This document shows, one piece after another, positions 1 through 9,953 of a stretch of 64,000 nt of DNA. The position numbers and the translations under genes were made by a program. Source of the stretch: Malacoraja senta (taxonomy: Eukaryota); NCBI GenBank assembly GCA_038087875.1, contig CM075997.1:8806001-8870000 (forward strand). Direction: 5' to 3'. The notes below the pieces were generated by a model. That model was given only the letters and a program-made list of their open reading frames with translations, was not told the origin of the DNA and made no database searches. Positions within the stretch are counted from its first letter, which is position 1; every line of letters starts with the position of its first letter.

Positions 1-715
1 TTTTGCAAACATTTTAGAACCAATACACACTTTTTGTAAACATTTCCGAATCAAGACACACAATTTTTGCAAACATTTTAGAACCAAGACACACACTTTT
101 TGTAAACATTTTAGAACCAAGACACACACTCTTTGTAAACATTTTAGAACCAAAAATCACACTATTTGAAACATTTTATAACCAAAACACTTTTTGCAAA
201 CATTTTAGAACCAAAACACTTTTTTGCAAACATTTTAGAACCAAAACACTTTTTAAAACATTTTAGAACGAAGACACACTTTTTGCAAACATTTTAGAAC
301 CAAGACACACACTTTTTGCAAACATTTCAGAACCAAGCCACACACTTTTTGCAAACATTTTAGAACCAAAACACTTTTTGCAAACATTTTAGAACCAATA
401 CACACACTTTTTGCAAACATTTCAGAACCAAGACACAATTTTTGCAAACATTTCAGAACCAAGACACACACTTTTTGCAAACATTTTAGAACCAAGACAC
501 ACACGTTTTGCAAACATTTTAGAACCAAGACACACACATTTTGAAAACATTTTAGAACCAAAACACTTTTTGCAATCATTTTAGAACCAAAATACATTTT
601 GCAAACGTTTTAGAACCAAGCCACAATTTTTGCAAATGTTTCAGAACCAAGACACACACTTTTTGCAAACAATTTAGAAGCAAGACACACAATTTTTGCA
701 AACATTTTTGAACCA
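1..715. repeat. 33-bp satellite array, segment 1
   Basis: Head-to-tail copies of TTTTTGCAAACATTTTAGAACCAAGACACACAC with 29/31-bp variants differing in the AC tract; runs off the left edge. Confidence 0.97.
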
Positions 716-1500
716 TATAACCATATAACCATAACAGCACGGAAACAGGCCATCTCGGCCCTTCAAGTCCGTGCCGAACATTTTTTAAATTTTTTTTTTT
801 TAATTAAAAATAAATACTTCCCGCTAGTCCCATCTACCTGCACTCAGACCATAACCCTCCATTCCTTTCCCGTCCATATACCCATCCAATCTATTTTTAA
901 AGCATAACATCGAACCTGCCTCCACCACTTCCACTGGAAGCTCATTCCACACAGCTACCACTCTCTGAGTAAAGAAGTTCCCCCTAATGTTCCCCCTAAA
1001 CTTCTGTCCCTTAATTCTCAAGTCATGTCCCCTTGTTTGAATCTTCCCTACTCTCAATGGGAAAAGCTTATCCACGTCCACTCTGTCTAACCCGCTCATA
1101 ATTTTAAAGACCTCTATCAAGTCCCCTCTTAACCTTCTGCGCTCCAAAGAATAAAGACCTAACTTGTTCAACCTTTCTCTGTAACCTAGTTGCTGAAACC
1201 CAGGCAACATTCTAGTAAATCTCCTCTGTACTCTCTCTATTTAGTTAACATCCTTCCTATAATTAGGCGACCAAAATTGTACTCCATACTCCAGAATTGG
1301 CCTCACCAATGCCTTGTACAATTTAACATTACATCCCAACTTCTATATTCAATGCTCTGATTTATAAAGGTCAGCACACCAAAAGCTTTCTTTACCACCC
1401 TATCTACATGAGATTCCACCTTCAGGGAACTATGCACAGTTATTCCTAGATCCCTCTGTTCAACTGCATTCCTCAATTCGCTACCATTTACCGTATGGTA
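711..1500 (-). mobile_element. CR1-clade LINE, 5'-truncated copy 1 (ORF2 C-terminus, 3'UTR, octamer tail)
   Basis: Minus-strand translation gives CR1 ORF2 C-terminal motifs (RDLGITVHSSLK; YRERLNKLGLYSLERRRLRGDLIEVFKI; RGNFFTQRVVAVWNELP); 3' stem-loop GCACGGA...TCCGTGC (737-774); tail of (AACCATAT)n on plus = (ATATGGTT)n. A 1-bp deletion near 1322 relative to copy 2 breaks the frame. Confidence 0.93.
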
Positions 1501-2120
1501 AACCAAGACACATTTTTTCAAACATTTTAGAACCAAGACACACACTTTTTGCGAACATTTTAGAAGCAAACACACACTTTTTGTAAACATTTTAGAACCA
1601 AGACACACACTTTTTGCAAACATTTTAGAACCAAGACACACACATTTTGCAAACATTTTAGAACCAAGTCACACACTTTTTGAAAACATTTTAGAACCAA
1701 GACACACACTTTTTGCAAACATTTTAGAACCAAAACACTTTTTGCAAACATTTTAGTACCAAAATATATTTTGCAAACATTTTAGAACCAAGACACACAC
1801 TTTTTGCAAACATTTTAGAACCAATATACACACTTTTTGCAAACATTTCAGAACCAAGACACACACTTTTTGCAAACATTTTAGAACCAAGACACACTTT
1901 TTGCAAACATTTTAGAACCAATACACACTTTTTGTAAACATTTCAGAACCAAGACACACAATTTTTGCAAACATTTTAGAACCAAGACACACACTTTTTG
2001 CAAACATTTTAGAACCAATACACACACTTTTTGCAAACATTTCAGAACCAAGACACACACTTTTTGCAAACATTTTAGAAGCAAGACACACACTTTTTGT
2101 AAACATTTTAGAACCATGAC
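1501..2120. repeat. 33-bp satellite array, segment 2
   Basis: Same monomer; ends in AGAACC-ATGAC at the LTR-element junction. Confidence 0.97.
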
Positions 2121-3014
2121 CTGAGAGGAGTCGGATTCAGAAACAGACTGTTCGTCGAAATAGCACTGGGAGCTGAGCTCACTATCAGTTTGTAAAAGGT
2201 TGTTTAAATTGCCCCTCGGAGCAGCGACAGGCTTCCCACGGGAGCAACAGGCCGCAGCGAAATGGTTCAATTTCTTGCAGACATTGCATGTTTTACCCAA
2301 GGCAGGGCACACATTGTATTGATGAGTGGTGAAGTTGCAATTAGGGCACCTTTGCCGGGCACCTCCCACGGGAGCAGTACCGAACCCCGGGGCACGTCCC
2401 CCTTGAGCAGCGAGCGACCCCGGGGACCGCGACCGGGGCGTGTTCATCAGATGACTGGAAGTGCTGGCAAAGTTAATCGCCTGTTCAGCCGGTGACACCG
2501 CTGAGGTGACAGCTTCAGCTAAGCGGGTGGCGTGCATCGCATCGTTGCAAGTCAGATCGGGCTTGCGCAGAAGTTCGGCCCTGAGCTTATCATCGTGGAG
2601 ACCGTAAACCAGAAGGTCCCTGATAATCTCATCGGGGGTCCACGTGTGGAGGCGGCAGCGCCTGGCCAGGTGTCGCAGCGCAGAGACATAGTTCTCAGCA
2701 GATTCCCCAGGGAGCTGACGCCGTTTAAAACGTTCTAAGATGCAGTTTGTTGGAATATCACAAATAGCATTAAACTTAGCCACCAGACATACCGGGTCCC
2801 GAGCTGATTCTCCATCAGCGTAGACGAAGAAGTCAGAGCGAGTCAGGGCCTCGGGACCAGCCAAGTTGAGAAGCAGAGAGGCTTTGAGATCAGCGGTGGC
2901 GGCAGGATGAGCGATTGTGACATAGTGTTCAAAGTCACGTTTGAATACATCCCATCGAAGGGCGATGTCTAAATCGAAAACGAGCACATCAGGCTTACGG
3001 GCAGAAGTGGCCAT
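2121..3014 (-). pseudogene. gag: Second, 3'-truncated gag copy, open in frame into the satellite
   Basis: ATG of MATSARK at 3014; knuckles CPNCNFTTHQYNVC and CNVCKKLNHFAAAC; near-identical to 5161-6053; frame continues into the satellite to a stop at 1881. Confidence 0.85.
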
Positions 3015-3110
3015 AACAAAGAAATAGGAGGGCGGGGGAAACAAAAAACTGGGACAAAATTAAATGATAAACCGATAGACAGGAGGCGCAAGGTAAGTGG
3101 TTTGACACCA

Positions 3111-3314
3111 TGTAAAGAATCTATAACGACACATCGTTACTTTACTATCTTTATTCATACTGGAGCATTACATATTGCACTAGCTGTACGTGGTCTGTCA
3201 CAGGAACTAGAGAGCGATCTGTGGGTGGGGAGGTTGTAGTTATACTTGTGATATGGGGAGTGGTTAGTAGGTATGAGGTCACTATGTTAAAGGCACATGC
3301 ATATATCATCTACA
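3111..3314 (-). repeat. LTR (3' LTR of the main unit, also 5' LTR of the truncated unit)
   Basis: 204 bp, TG...CA; AATAAA on minus at 3150-3155; has a PPT on one side and a PBS on the other; differs from 6150-6353 at two adjacent bases by eye. Confidence 0.93.
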
Positions 3315-3325
3315 TCCTTCCCCTT
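3315..3325 (-). promoter_or_regulatory. Polypurine tract
   Basis: AAGGGGAAGGA on minus, immediately before the LTR. Confidence 0.85.
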
Positions 3326-3383
3326 CGAAACGACAGGCAAATACAATAGTGACAGGGCGACCACGGCTCATGCGCTAGGACAG

Positions 3384-4466
3384 TTAAACAAAATCGCCAT
3401 AGCGGACAGGCGGTTTGACAAGACGTCCCGACCGGGTTCGCATCTCGCCATCCTCCCTTCCGGCAGGAAGAAGAGGCACCAATGGGGGCAGCTGAACCTG
3501 AAAGGGGGAAACGGGAGGAGACGGAGGAGACCGCAGCACCAAAAGCGGAGGTGATGCGGGATCAGGAGCGGGCAGAGCGCGGGCCGGCGAGCGAGGACTA
3601 GTCGGAGCAGGGTGGGATGGAAGGAGTTGAGATGGTGTAGACTGTTGCATGTTAGGAAGGACGGGCAGATCAACGCCCGGACGCGAAGTCGGCAGTGGGG
3701 GAGCAAAGGGATCCGCGGCAGGAGGACACGGCTCGTTGACGAGCCGAAGGTGCTGGCGGGACCATCGGTAAATGGCTCCCGCATGGTCGACGAGATAGGA
3801 CCTGGGCGACCCCGCAGAGCCGACGACAGTAGCGAGCTTGGAGTGACCGGAAGGGGTCTGCATACGGACAACTTGACCGGGGAAGAGGCGCGGCAGCGGG
3901 TGGCAAGACCTGTCATGGGAACGCTTTTGGACATCGTGCCTGAAGGCAATGCGTTTCTGAACCGCCGCAGGCGGGAGGACGGAGGGTATGAGGGAGCGTT
4001 GGGCCACCGGGAGCGGGAGCCTGGTAGCGCGAGACATGAGCCGCTGAGCAGGGGAACCCATGGCAGAGTCGCGGGAAATGTTGCGGAGGTTGAGGAGGGC
4101 CAGATGGAAATCGGAGTTAATGCCACCACACTGTTCCAGCAGGTGCTTCGCGCTGCGGACGGCACGCTCGGCCAGACCGTTGCTTTGCGGGTACTCCGGG
4201 CTGCTGGTGAAATGGCGGAAGTTCCATCTGGAAGCGAACGCCTTGAACTCGGAGCTCGTGAACTGGCTGCCATTGTCCGACTGCAGGCTTGCCGGGTGGC
4301 CAAAAGTGCCAAAATGAGGGTATAACCTGTCGATGATGGCCGAAGAGGTTAGGGAGTGCAGCCGGTCGACCACAAACCAGCTGGAGTAGGAGTCAATGAG
4401 AACCAGGAAGTGTTTGCCTCGCCACTCGAAAATGTCGGTGGCAAGCGCCATCCAGGGCAGTTCGGG
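3384..4466 (-). pseudogene. pol: Integrase catalytic core and Pro-rich C-terminus (N-terminal HHCC domain missing)
   Basis: PW..LATDIF, SDNGSQF and YPQSNGLAERAV give an intact D,D(35)E triad; ends with RTRSGRLVKPPVRYGDF typical of Gypsy integrases; open for 355 codons. Confidence 0.88.
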
Positions 4467-6053
4467 CTTCTAATGGCCAGGTTGAGGTCTTTGGGGTTGA
4501 TGCAGATGCGTATCTCGCTCTTGTCCTTTTTCGCGGCAACAACCATGGAAGAGACCCACCTGGTGGGCTCGATGACCGCCTTTAGGATGCCCATTTTTAC
4601 CATACTGTGTAGTGTCGACTGCACTTTGGCCTTCATGGCGAAGGAGACACGGTGAGGTGTATTGACCACTGGATCGACCTTACGGTCCACTACAATCTTG
4701 TAGCTGCAGGGTAGTTTGCCTAGCTCGTCATCAAAGCGGTCGGGATATTCGGCCAGCGGGTCCATGAGGGCCTGCACGTGGTGGATGTCACGGTGGAAGG
4801 ATACCAGGCCCATTTCCTGGCATGCCCGGATACCCAGCAGGGGAATGCATTTTTGATCGAGGAGATAGAAGGTGAGGGGCCGAGAGGTCTGTCGAATCTT
4901 ACAGCTTAGCGTGGCCTTGCCCACTGGAGTAAGAATCTCCAAGGTTCAGAACTCAACCTTGCATAGGCATGCAAGGTTGAGTTCTGAGAAAAAATCTGCT
5001 CATTAGTCCTTATCTGTTTGAAGAGTGATGTTGACATAACGTTCGCAACTGCCCCCGTGTCAATCTTAGCAGTGAAGGTCGAGTTGTTCATAGTGACTCG
5101 CACAGAAGGGTCCGTTATCATAGCAGGTGCGCCCAACACAGTATACAAGCCGTTCTTCCCCTGAGAGGAGTCGGATTCAGAAACAGACTGTTCGTCGAAA
5201 TAGCACTGGGAGCTGAGCTCACTATCAGTTTGTAAAAGGTTGTTTAAATTGCCCCTCGGAGCAGCGACAGGCTTCCCACGGGAGCGACAGGCCGCAGCGA
5301 AATGGTTCAATTTCTTGCAGACATTGCATGCTTTACCCAAGGCAGGGCACACATTGTATTGATGAGTGGTGAAGTTGCAATTAGGGCACCTTTGCCGGGC
5401 ACCTCCCACGGGAGCAGTTCCGAACCCCGGGGCACGTCCCCCTTGAGCAGCGAGCGACCCCGGGGGCCGCGACCGGGGCGTGTTCATCAGACGACTGGAA
5501 GTGCTGGCAAAGTTAATCGCCTGTTCAGCCGGTGACACCGCTGAGGTGACAGCTTCAGCTAAGCGGGTGGCGTGCATCGCATCGTTGCAAGTCAGATCGG
5601 GCTTGTGCAGAAGTTCGGCCCTGAGCTTATCATCGCGGAGACCGTAAACCTGATAATCTCATCGGGGGTCCACGTGTGGAGGCGGCAGCGCCTGGCCAGG
5701 TGTCGCAGCGCAGCGACATAGTTCTCAGCAGATTCCCCAGGGAGCTGACGCCGCGCGAACAGTTTAAAACGTTCTAAGATGCAGTTTGTTGGAATATCAC
5801 AAATAGCATTAAACTTAGCCACCAGACATACCGGGTCCCGAGCTGATTCTCCATCAGCGTAGACGAAGAAGTCAGAGCGAGTCAGGGCCTCGGGACCAGC
5901 CAAGTTGAGAAGCAGAGAGGCTTTGAGATCAGCTGTGGCGGCAGGATGAGCGATCGTGACATAGTGTTCAAAGTCACGTTTGAATACATCCCATCGAAGG
6001 GCGATGTCTAAATCGAAAACGAGCACATCAGGCTTACGGGCAGAAGTGGCCAT
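4467..6053 (-). pseudogene. gag-pol: gag-protease-RT N-terminus, frameshifted
   Basis: gag from ATG 6053 with a 10-bp deletion near 5650; AKIDTGAVANV protease; frameshift near 4945; RT start WVSSMVVAAKKDKSEIRICINPKDLNLAI then an abrupt join to integrase with no YxDD or RNase H. Confidence 0.88.
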
Positions 6054-6135
6054 AACAAAGAAATAGGAGGGCGGGGGAAACAAAAAACTGGGACAAAATT
6101 AAATGATAAACCGATAGACAGGAGGCGCAAGGTAA

Positions 6136-6149
6136 GTGGTTTGACACCA
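6136..6149 (-). promoter_or_regulatory. Primer-binding site (duplicate at 3097-3110)
   Basis: TGGTGTCAAACCAC directly after the 5' LTR; TGG complements tRNA CCA; the first 8 nt resemble a tRNA-Leu PBS (tRNA identity uncertain). Confidence 0.65.
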
Positions 6150-6353
6150 TGTAAAGAATCTATAACGAGGCATCGTTACTTTACTATCTTTATTCATACT
6201 GGAGCATTACATATTGCACTAGCTGTACGTGGTCTGTCACAGGAACTAGAGAGCGATCTGTGGGTGGGGAGGTTGTAGTTATACTTGTGATATGGGGAGT
6301 GGTTAGTAGGTATGAGGTCACTATGTTAAAGGCACATGCATATATCATCTACA
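6150..6353 (-). repeat. 5' LTR
   Basis: 204-bp direct repeat of 3111-3314 at offset 3039; followed by ATGAC and satellite. Confidence 0.93.
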
Positions 6354-7417
6354 ATGACACACACTTTTTGTAAACATTTTAGAACTACAACACTTTTTGC
6401 AAACATTTTAGAACCAAAACACTTTTTGCAAACATTTTAAAACCAATACACACACTTTTTGCAAACATTTTAGAACCAAAACACTTTTTGCTAACATATT
6501 AGAACCAATACACCTTTTGCAAACATTTTAGAACCAAGACACACACATTTTGAAAACATTTTAGAACGCAGACACACACTTTTTGAAAACATTTTAGAAG
6601 CAAGACACACAAATTTTGCAAACATTTTAGAACCAAAACACTTTTTGCAAACATTTTAGAACCAATACACACACTTTTTGCAAACATTTTAGAACCAAGA
6701 CACTTTTTGCTAACATATTAGAACCAATACACCTTTTGCAAACATTTTAGAACCAAGACACTTTTTGCAAACATTTTAGAACCAAGACACACACTTTTTG
6801 CAAATATTTCAGAACCAAGACACACACTTTTTGCATACATTTTAGAACCAAGACACACACTTTTTGCATACATTTTAGAACCAAGACACACACATTTTGC
6901 AAACATTTTAGAACCAAGACACACACTTTTTGCAAACATTTTAGAACCAAAACACTTTTTGCAAACATTTTAGAACCAATACACACACTTTTTGCAAACA
7001 TTTTAGAACCAAGACACTTTTTGCTAACATATTAGAACCAATACACCTTTTGCAAACATTTTAGAACCAAGACACTTTTTGCAAACATTTTAGAACCAAG
7101 ACACACACTTTTTGCAAATATTTCAGAACCAAGACACACACTTTTTGCATACATTTTAGAACTAAGACACACACTTTTTGCATACATTTTAGAACCAAGA
7201 CACACACATTTTGCAAACATTTTAGAACCAAGACACACACTTTTTGCAAACATTTTAGAACCAAAACACATACTTTTTGAAAACATTTTAGAACCAAAAT
7301 ACATACTTTTTGAAAACATTTTAGAACCAAAACACTTTTTGCAAACATTTTAGAACCAAAACACTTTTTGCAAAATTTTTTGAAGCAAAAACACATTTTG
7401 CAAACATTTTAGAACCA
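6354..7417. repeat. 33-bp satellite array, segment 3
   Basis: Same monomer; contains a local ~314-bp duplication (about 6700-7010 and 7015-7260). Confidence 0.96.
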
Positions 7418-7678
7418 TATAACCATATAACCATTACAGCACGGAAACAGGCCATCTAGGCCCTTCAAGTCCGTGCCGAACATTTAAATTTTTTTTAAAA
7501 ATAAATAAATAAATACTTCCCCCTAGTCCCATCTACCTGCACTCAGACCATAACCCTCCATTCCTTTCCCGTCCATATACCCATCCAATCTATTTTTAAA
7601 GGATAAAATCGAACCAGCCTCCACCACTTCCACTGGAAGCTCATTCCGCACAGCTACCACTCTCTGAGTAAAGAAGTT

Positions 7679-8527
7679 TAGAGATTAGATTAGAGATTCC
7701 TTTATTTGTCATTCAGACCTTTCGGTCTGAACGAAATATCGTTGCCTGCAGTCATACATATAATAATAAATAACAAAACACACAATAAACACAAATTAAC
7801 ATCCACCACAGTGAGTTCACCAGGCACCTCCTCACTGTGATGGAGGCAAAAGTCTTAAAGTCTCTGTCTCTTCCCTCCTTGTTCTCCCTCTGCGCTGAGG
7901 TGATCCAGGCTTCTGACGTTGTGACCCCACCGGGTGATGGTAAGTAAGGCAATCCCGCGGCTGAATCCGTGCTCCGTCCGCGACGGGCCGGTTCAAACTC
8001 CGCGGCCCGGGTTGGCCGAGGCTGCCGAAGCTGCCGCCCTCCAGTCCAGCGGACGCAGCTGTAGTTGCGGGAGCCCCAGAAAAACAGGTCACCAACCTGT
8101 GACTTGCGCGCTCCCGAAGATGTCGTCCACTGGGCCAGCTGCGGCCGAACCCGGATTCAGGTCGCCCCCATTGTCTTTGGTCGCCACCGCCGGAATGCCA
8201 CCGCAGCCCCGAAGCAGGCCAGCCCCGCGCTGGTAAGTCCTGGCTCTGCCTCCGGAGCCTCGAGGTCGGTCAGTCGCTCGCAGTTGGAGTTGGAGGCCGG
8301 CAGCTCCGCCATTAGGCCTCAGCGCAGACAGAGGCAGAGAAGGGGGATACGACAAGAAAAAGTCGCATTCCCCCGAAGGAAGAGACAAAAGTCACGTTTC
8401 ACCCCCCAACCCCACACATACACAACCCAATAAACTAAAATGTAACTAAAACAGGACAAAAGAAAACAACAAATAAAGTAAAAACAGACAGACTGCAGGC
8501 GAGGCGCTGCAGTACGACAGCGCCGCC
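7679..8527 (-). mobile_element. Non-autonomous retroposon (SINE-like or deleted LINE derivative) nested in CR1
   Basis: 849 bp flanked by AGTT (7675-7678, 8528-8531); minus-strand 3' end has an 8-bp stem with GAAA loop (7712-7731), AATAAA and a short (ATCTA/ATCTCTA) repeat tail; GC-rich body with no recognisable protein. The 3' end resembles Rex/Babar-type LINE tails (from memory, unverified). Confidence 0.75.
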
Positions 8528-8565
8528 AGTTCCCCCTAATGTTACCCCTAAACGTCTATCCCTTA

Positions 8566-9152
8566 AAGGCCTGTCTCACGAGTCTGCGGTCTATGGCGGC
8601 GAAACGGGAGGAATCTGCCGCCATAGACCGCGCACTCGTGAGAAAGTACAATTCCCGGGCCGTGCGGTTCCCAACACCGCGCGGTGCTAAAATAAAAACG
8701 ACAATGTCCAAAACAAAATACTCACCGCACAACCTCCACCAGTGATGCACGAGTGCGGCACGGCCGCTCGCACGGGCCGCCGCCAGTGTGGCTCAAGCGC
8801 CGTGCGTCAAACCTCCACTGGCACAGCCTCCGCCAGTGACGCACGTGCCGCTGCCAGTGAGGCACGTGTGCTGCACGGCCTCAGGCACAGCCACCGCTAC
8901 AGTGCCGCGATCAGGATGGCCACCGCTGGTGAGTCACGTGCGGCGGGCCGACGTCATCGCAGTCGGCCCGCCCTTTTTTTACTTACCGCAAGCACGTGGG
9001 ACCCGCCGTGTTTGAATTAACTCGGCCCCCACGCAGCATCCGTGCGGCGCTCCGGTGGATAGGCTCGACGCTCTCGCCGTTGCCGCGCGGTCCTCGCTAC
9101 CGGCGACGCCGCGCTTCACCGCCGATGACCGCAAACAGGTAAGACAGAGCCT
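8566..9152. mobile_element. Non-autonomous DNA transposon (MITE) nested in CR1; PIF/Harbinger-like or Kolobok-like
   Basis: About 587 bp GC-rich insert at the CR1 site CCCTTAATTCTC; imperfect TIRs (A)AGGCCTGTCTCAC ... GTAAGACAGAGCCT; duplication reads as TTA or TTAA; no transposase. Confidence 0.82.
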
Positions 9153-9953
9153 TTAATTCTCAAGTCATGTCCCCTTGTTTGAATCTTCCCTACTCTCAAT
9201 GGAAAAAGCTTATCCACGTCAACTCTGTCTAACCCGCTCATAATTTTAAAGACCTCTATCAAATCCCCTCTTAACCTTCTGCGCTCCAAAGAATAAAGAC
9301 CTAACTTGTTCAACCTTTCTCTGTAACTTAGTTGCTGAAACCCAGGCAACATTCTAGTAAATCTCCTCTGTACTCTCTCTATTTTGTTGACATCCTTCCT
9401 ATAATTAGGCGACCAAAATTGTACTCCATACTCCAGAATTGGCCTCACCAATGCCTTGTACAATTTTAACATTACATCCCAACTTCTATATTCAATGCTC
9501 TGATTTATAAAGGCCAGCACACCAAAAGCTTTCTTTACCACCCTATCTACATGAGATTCCACCTTCAGGGAACTATGCACGGTTATTCCTAGATCCCTCT
9601 GTTCAACTGCATTCCTCAATTCTCTACCGTTTACCATGTACGTCCTATTTTGATTTGTCCTGCCGAGATGTAGTACCTCACATTTATCAGCATTAAACTC
9701 CATCTGCCATCTTTCAGCCCACTCTTCCAAATGGCCTAAATCTCTCTGTAGACTTTGAAAATCTACTTCATTACCCACCACACCACCTATCTTAGTATCA
9801 TCTGCAGACTTACTAATCCAATTTTCCACACCATCATCCAGATCATTGATGTACATGACAAACAACAGTGGACCCAACACAGACCCCTGAGGCACCCCAC
9901 TAGTCACCGGCCTCCAACCTGACAAACAGCCATCCAGCATTACTCTCAGTAAT

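Larger units (their letters stand above)
2121..6353 (-). mobile_element. Gypsy/Ty3 (Mag-like) LTR retrotransposon, internally deleted, arranged LTR-internal-LTR-truncated gag
   Basis: Two 204-bp direct repeats with TGTA...TACA ends; TGG-initiated PBS next to each; polypurine tract at 3315-3325; gag with two CCHC knuckles, DTGA protease, RT start, then DDE integrase (PR-RT-IN order = Gypsy); ATGAC duplicated at 2116-2120 and 6354-6358. Short LTRs, twin knuckles and a 5-bp TSD fit the Mag lineage (lineage call is inference). Confidence 0.93.
7413..9953 (-). mobile_element. CR1-clade LINE, 5'-truncated copy 2, interrupted by two nested insertions
   Basis: Same (AACCATAT)n tail and 3' hairpin as copy 1; CR1 pieces at 7413-7678, 8528-8566 and 9153-9947 rejoin colinearly with copy 1; RT motifs SGVPQGSVLGPLLF and KSADDTK (canonical F/YADD). 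Confidence 0.93.

Noticed and set aside
1303..1656. Satellite-CR1 chimeric ORF (similarly 17230-17650 and the end of 9116-9940)
   Set aside because: Chance read-through across insertion junctions with no promoter or conservation evidence.
3297..4325. Overlapping and antisense ORFs over the integrase (314, 237, 85 aa)
   Set aside because: Shadow frames of GC-rich coding DNA with no motifs; the integrase frame explains the region.
7752..9020. Short GC-rich ORFs in the nested retroposon and MITE
   Set aside because: No transposase, RT or other domain recognisable; expected from GC content.
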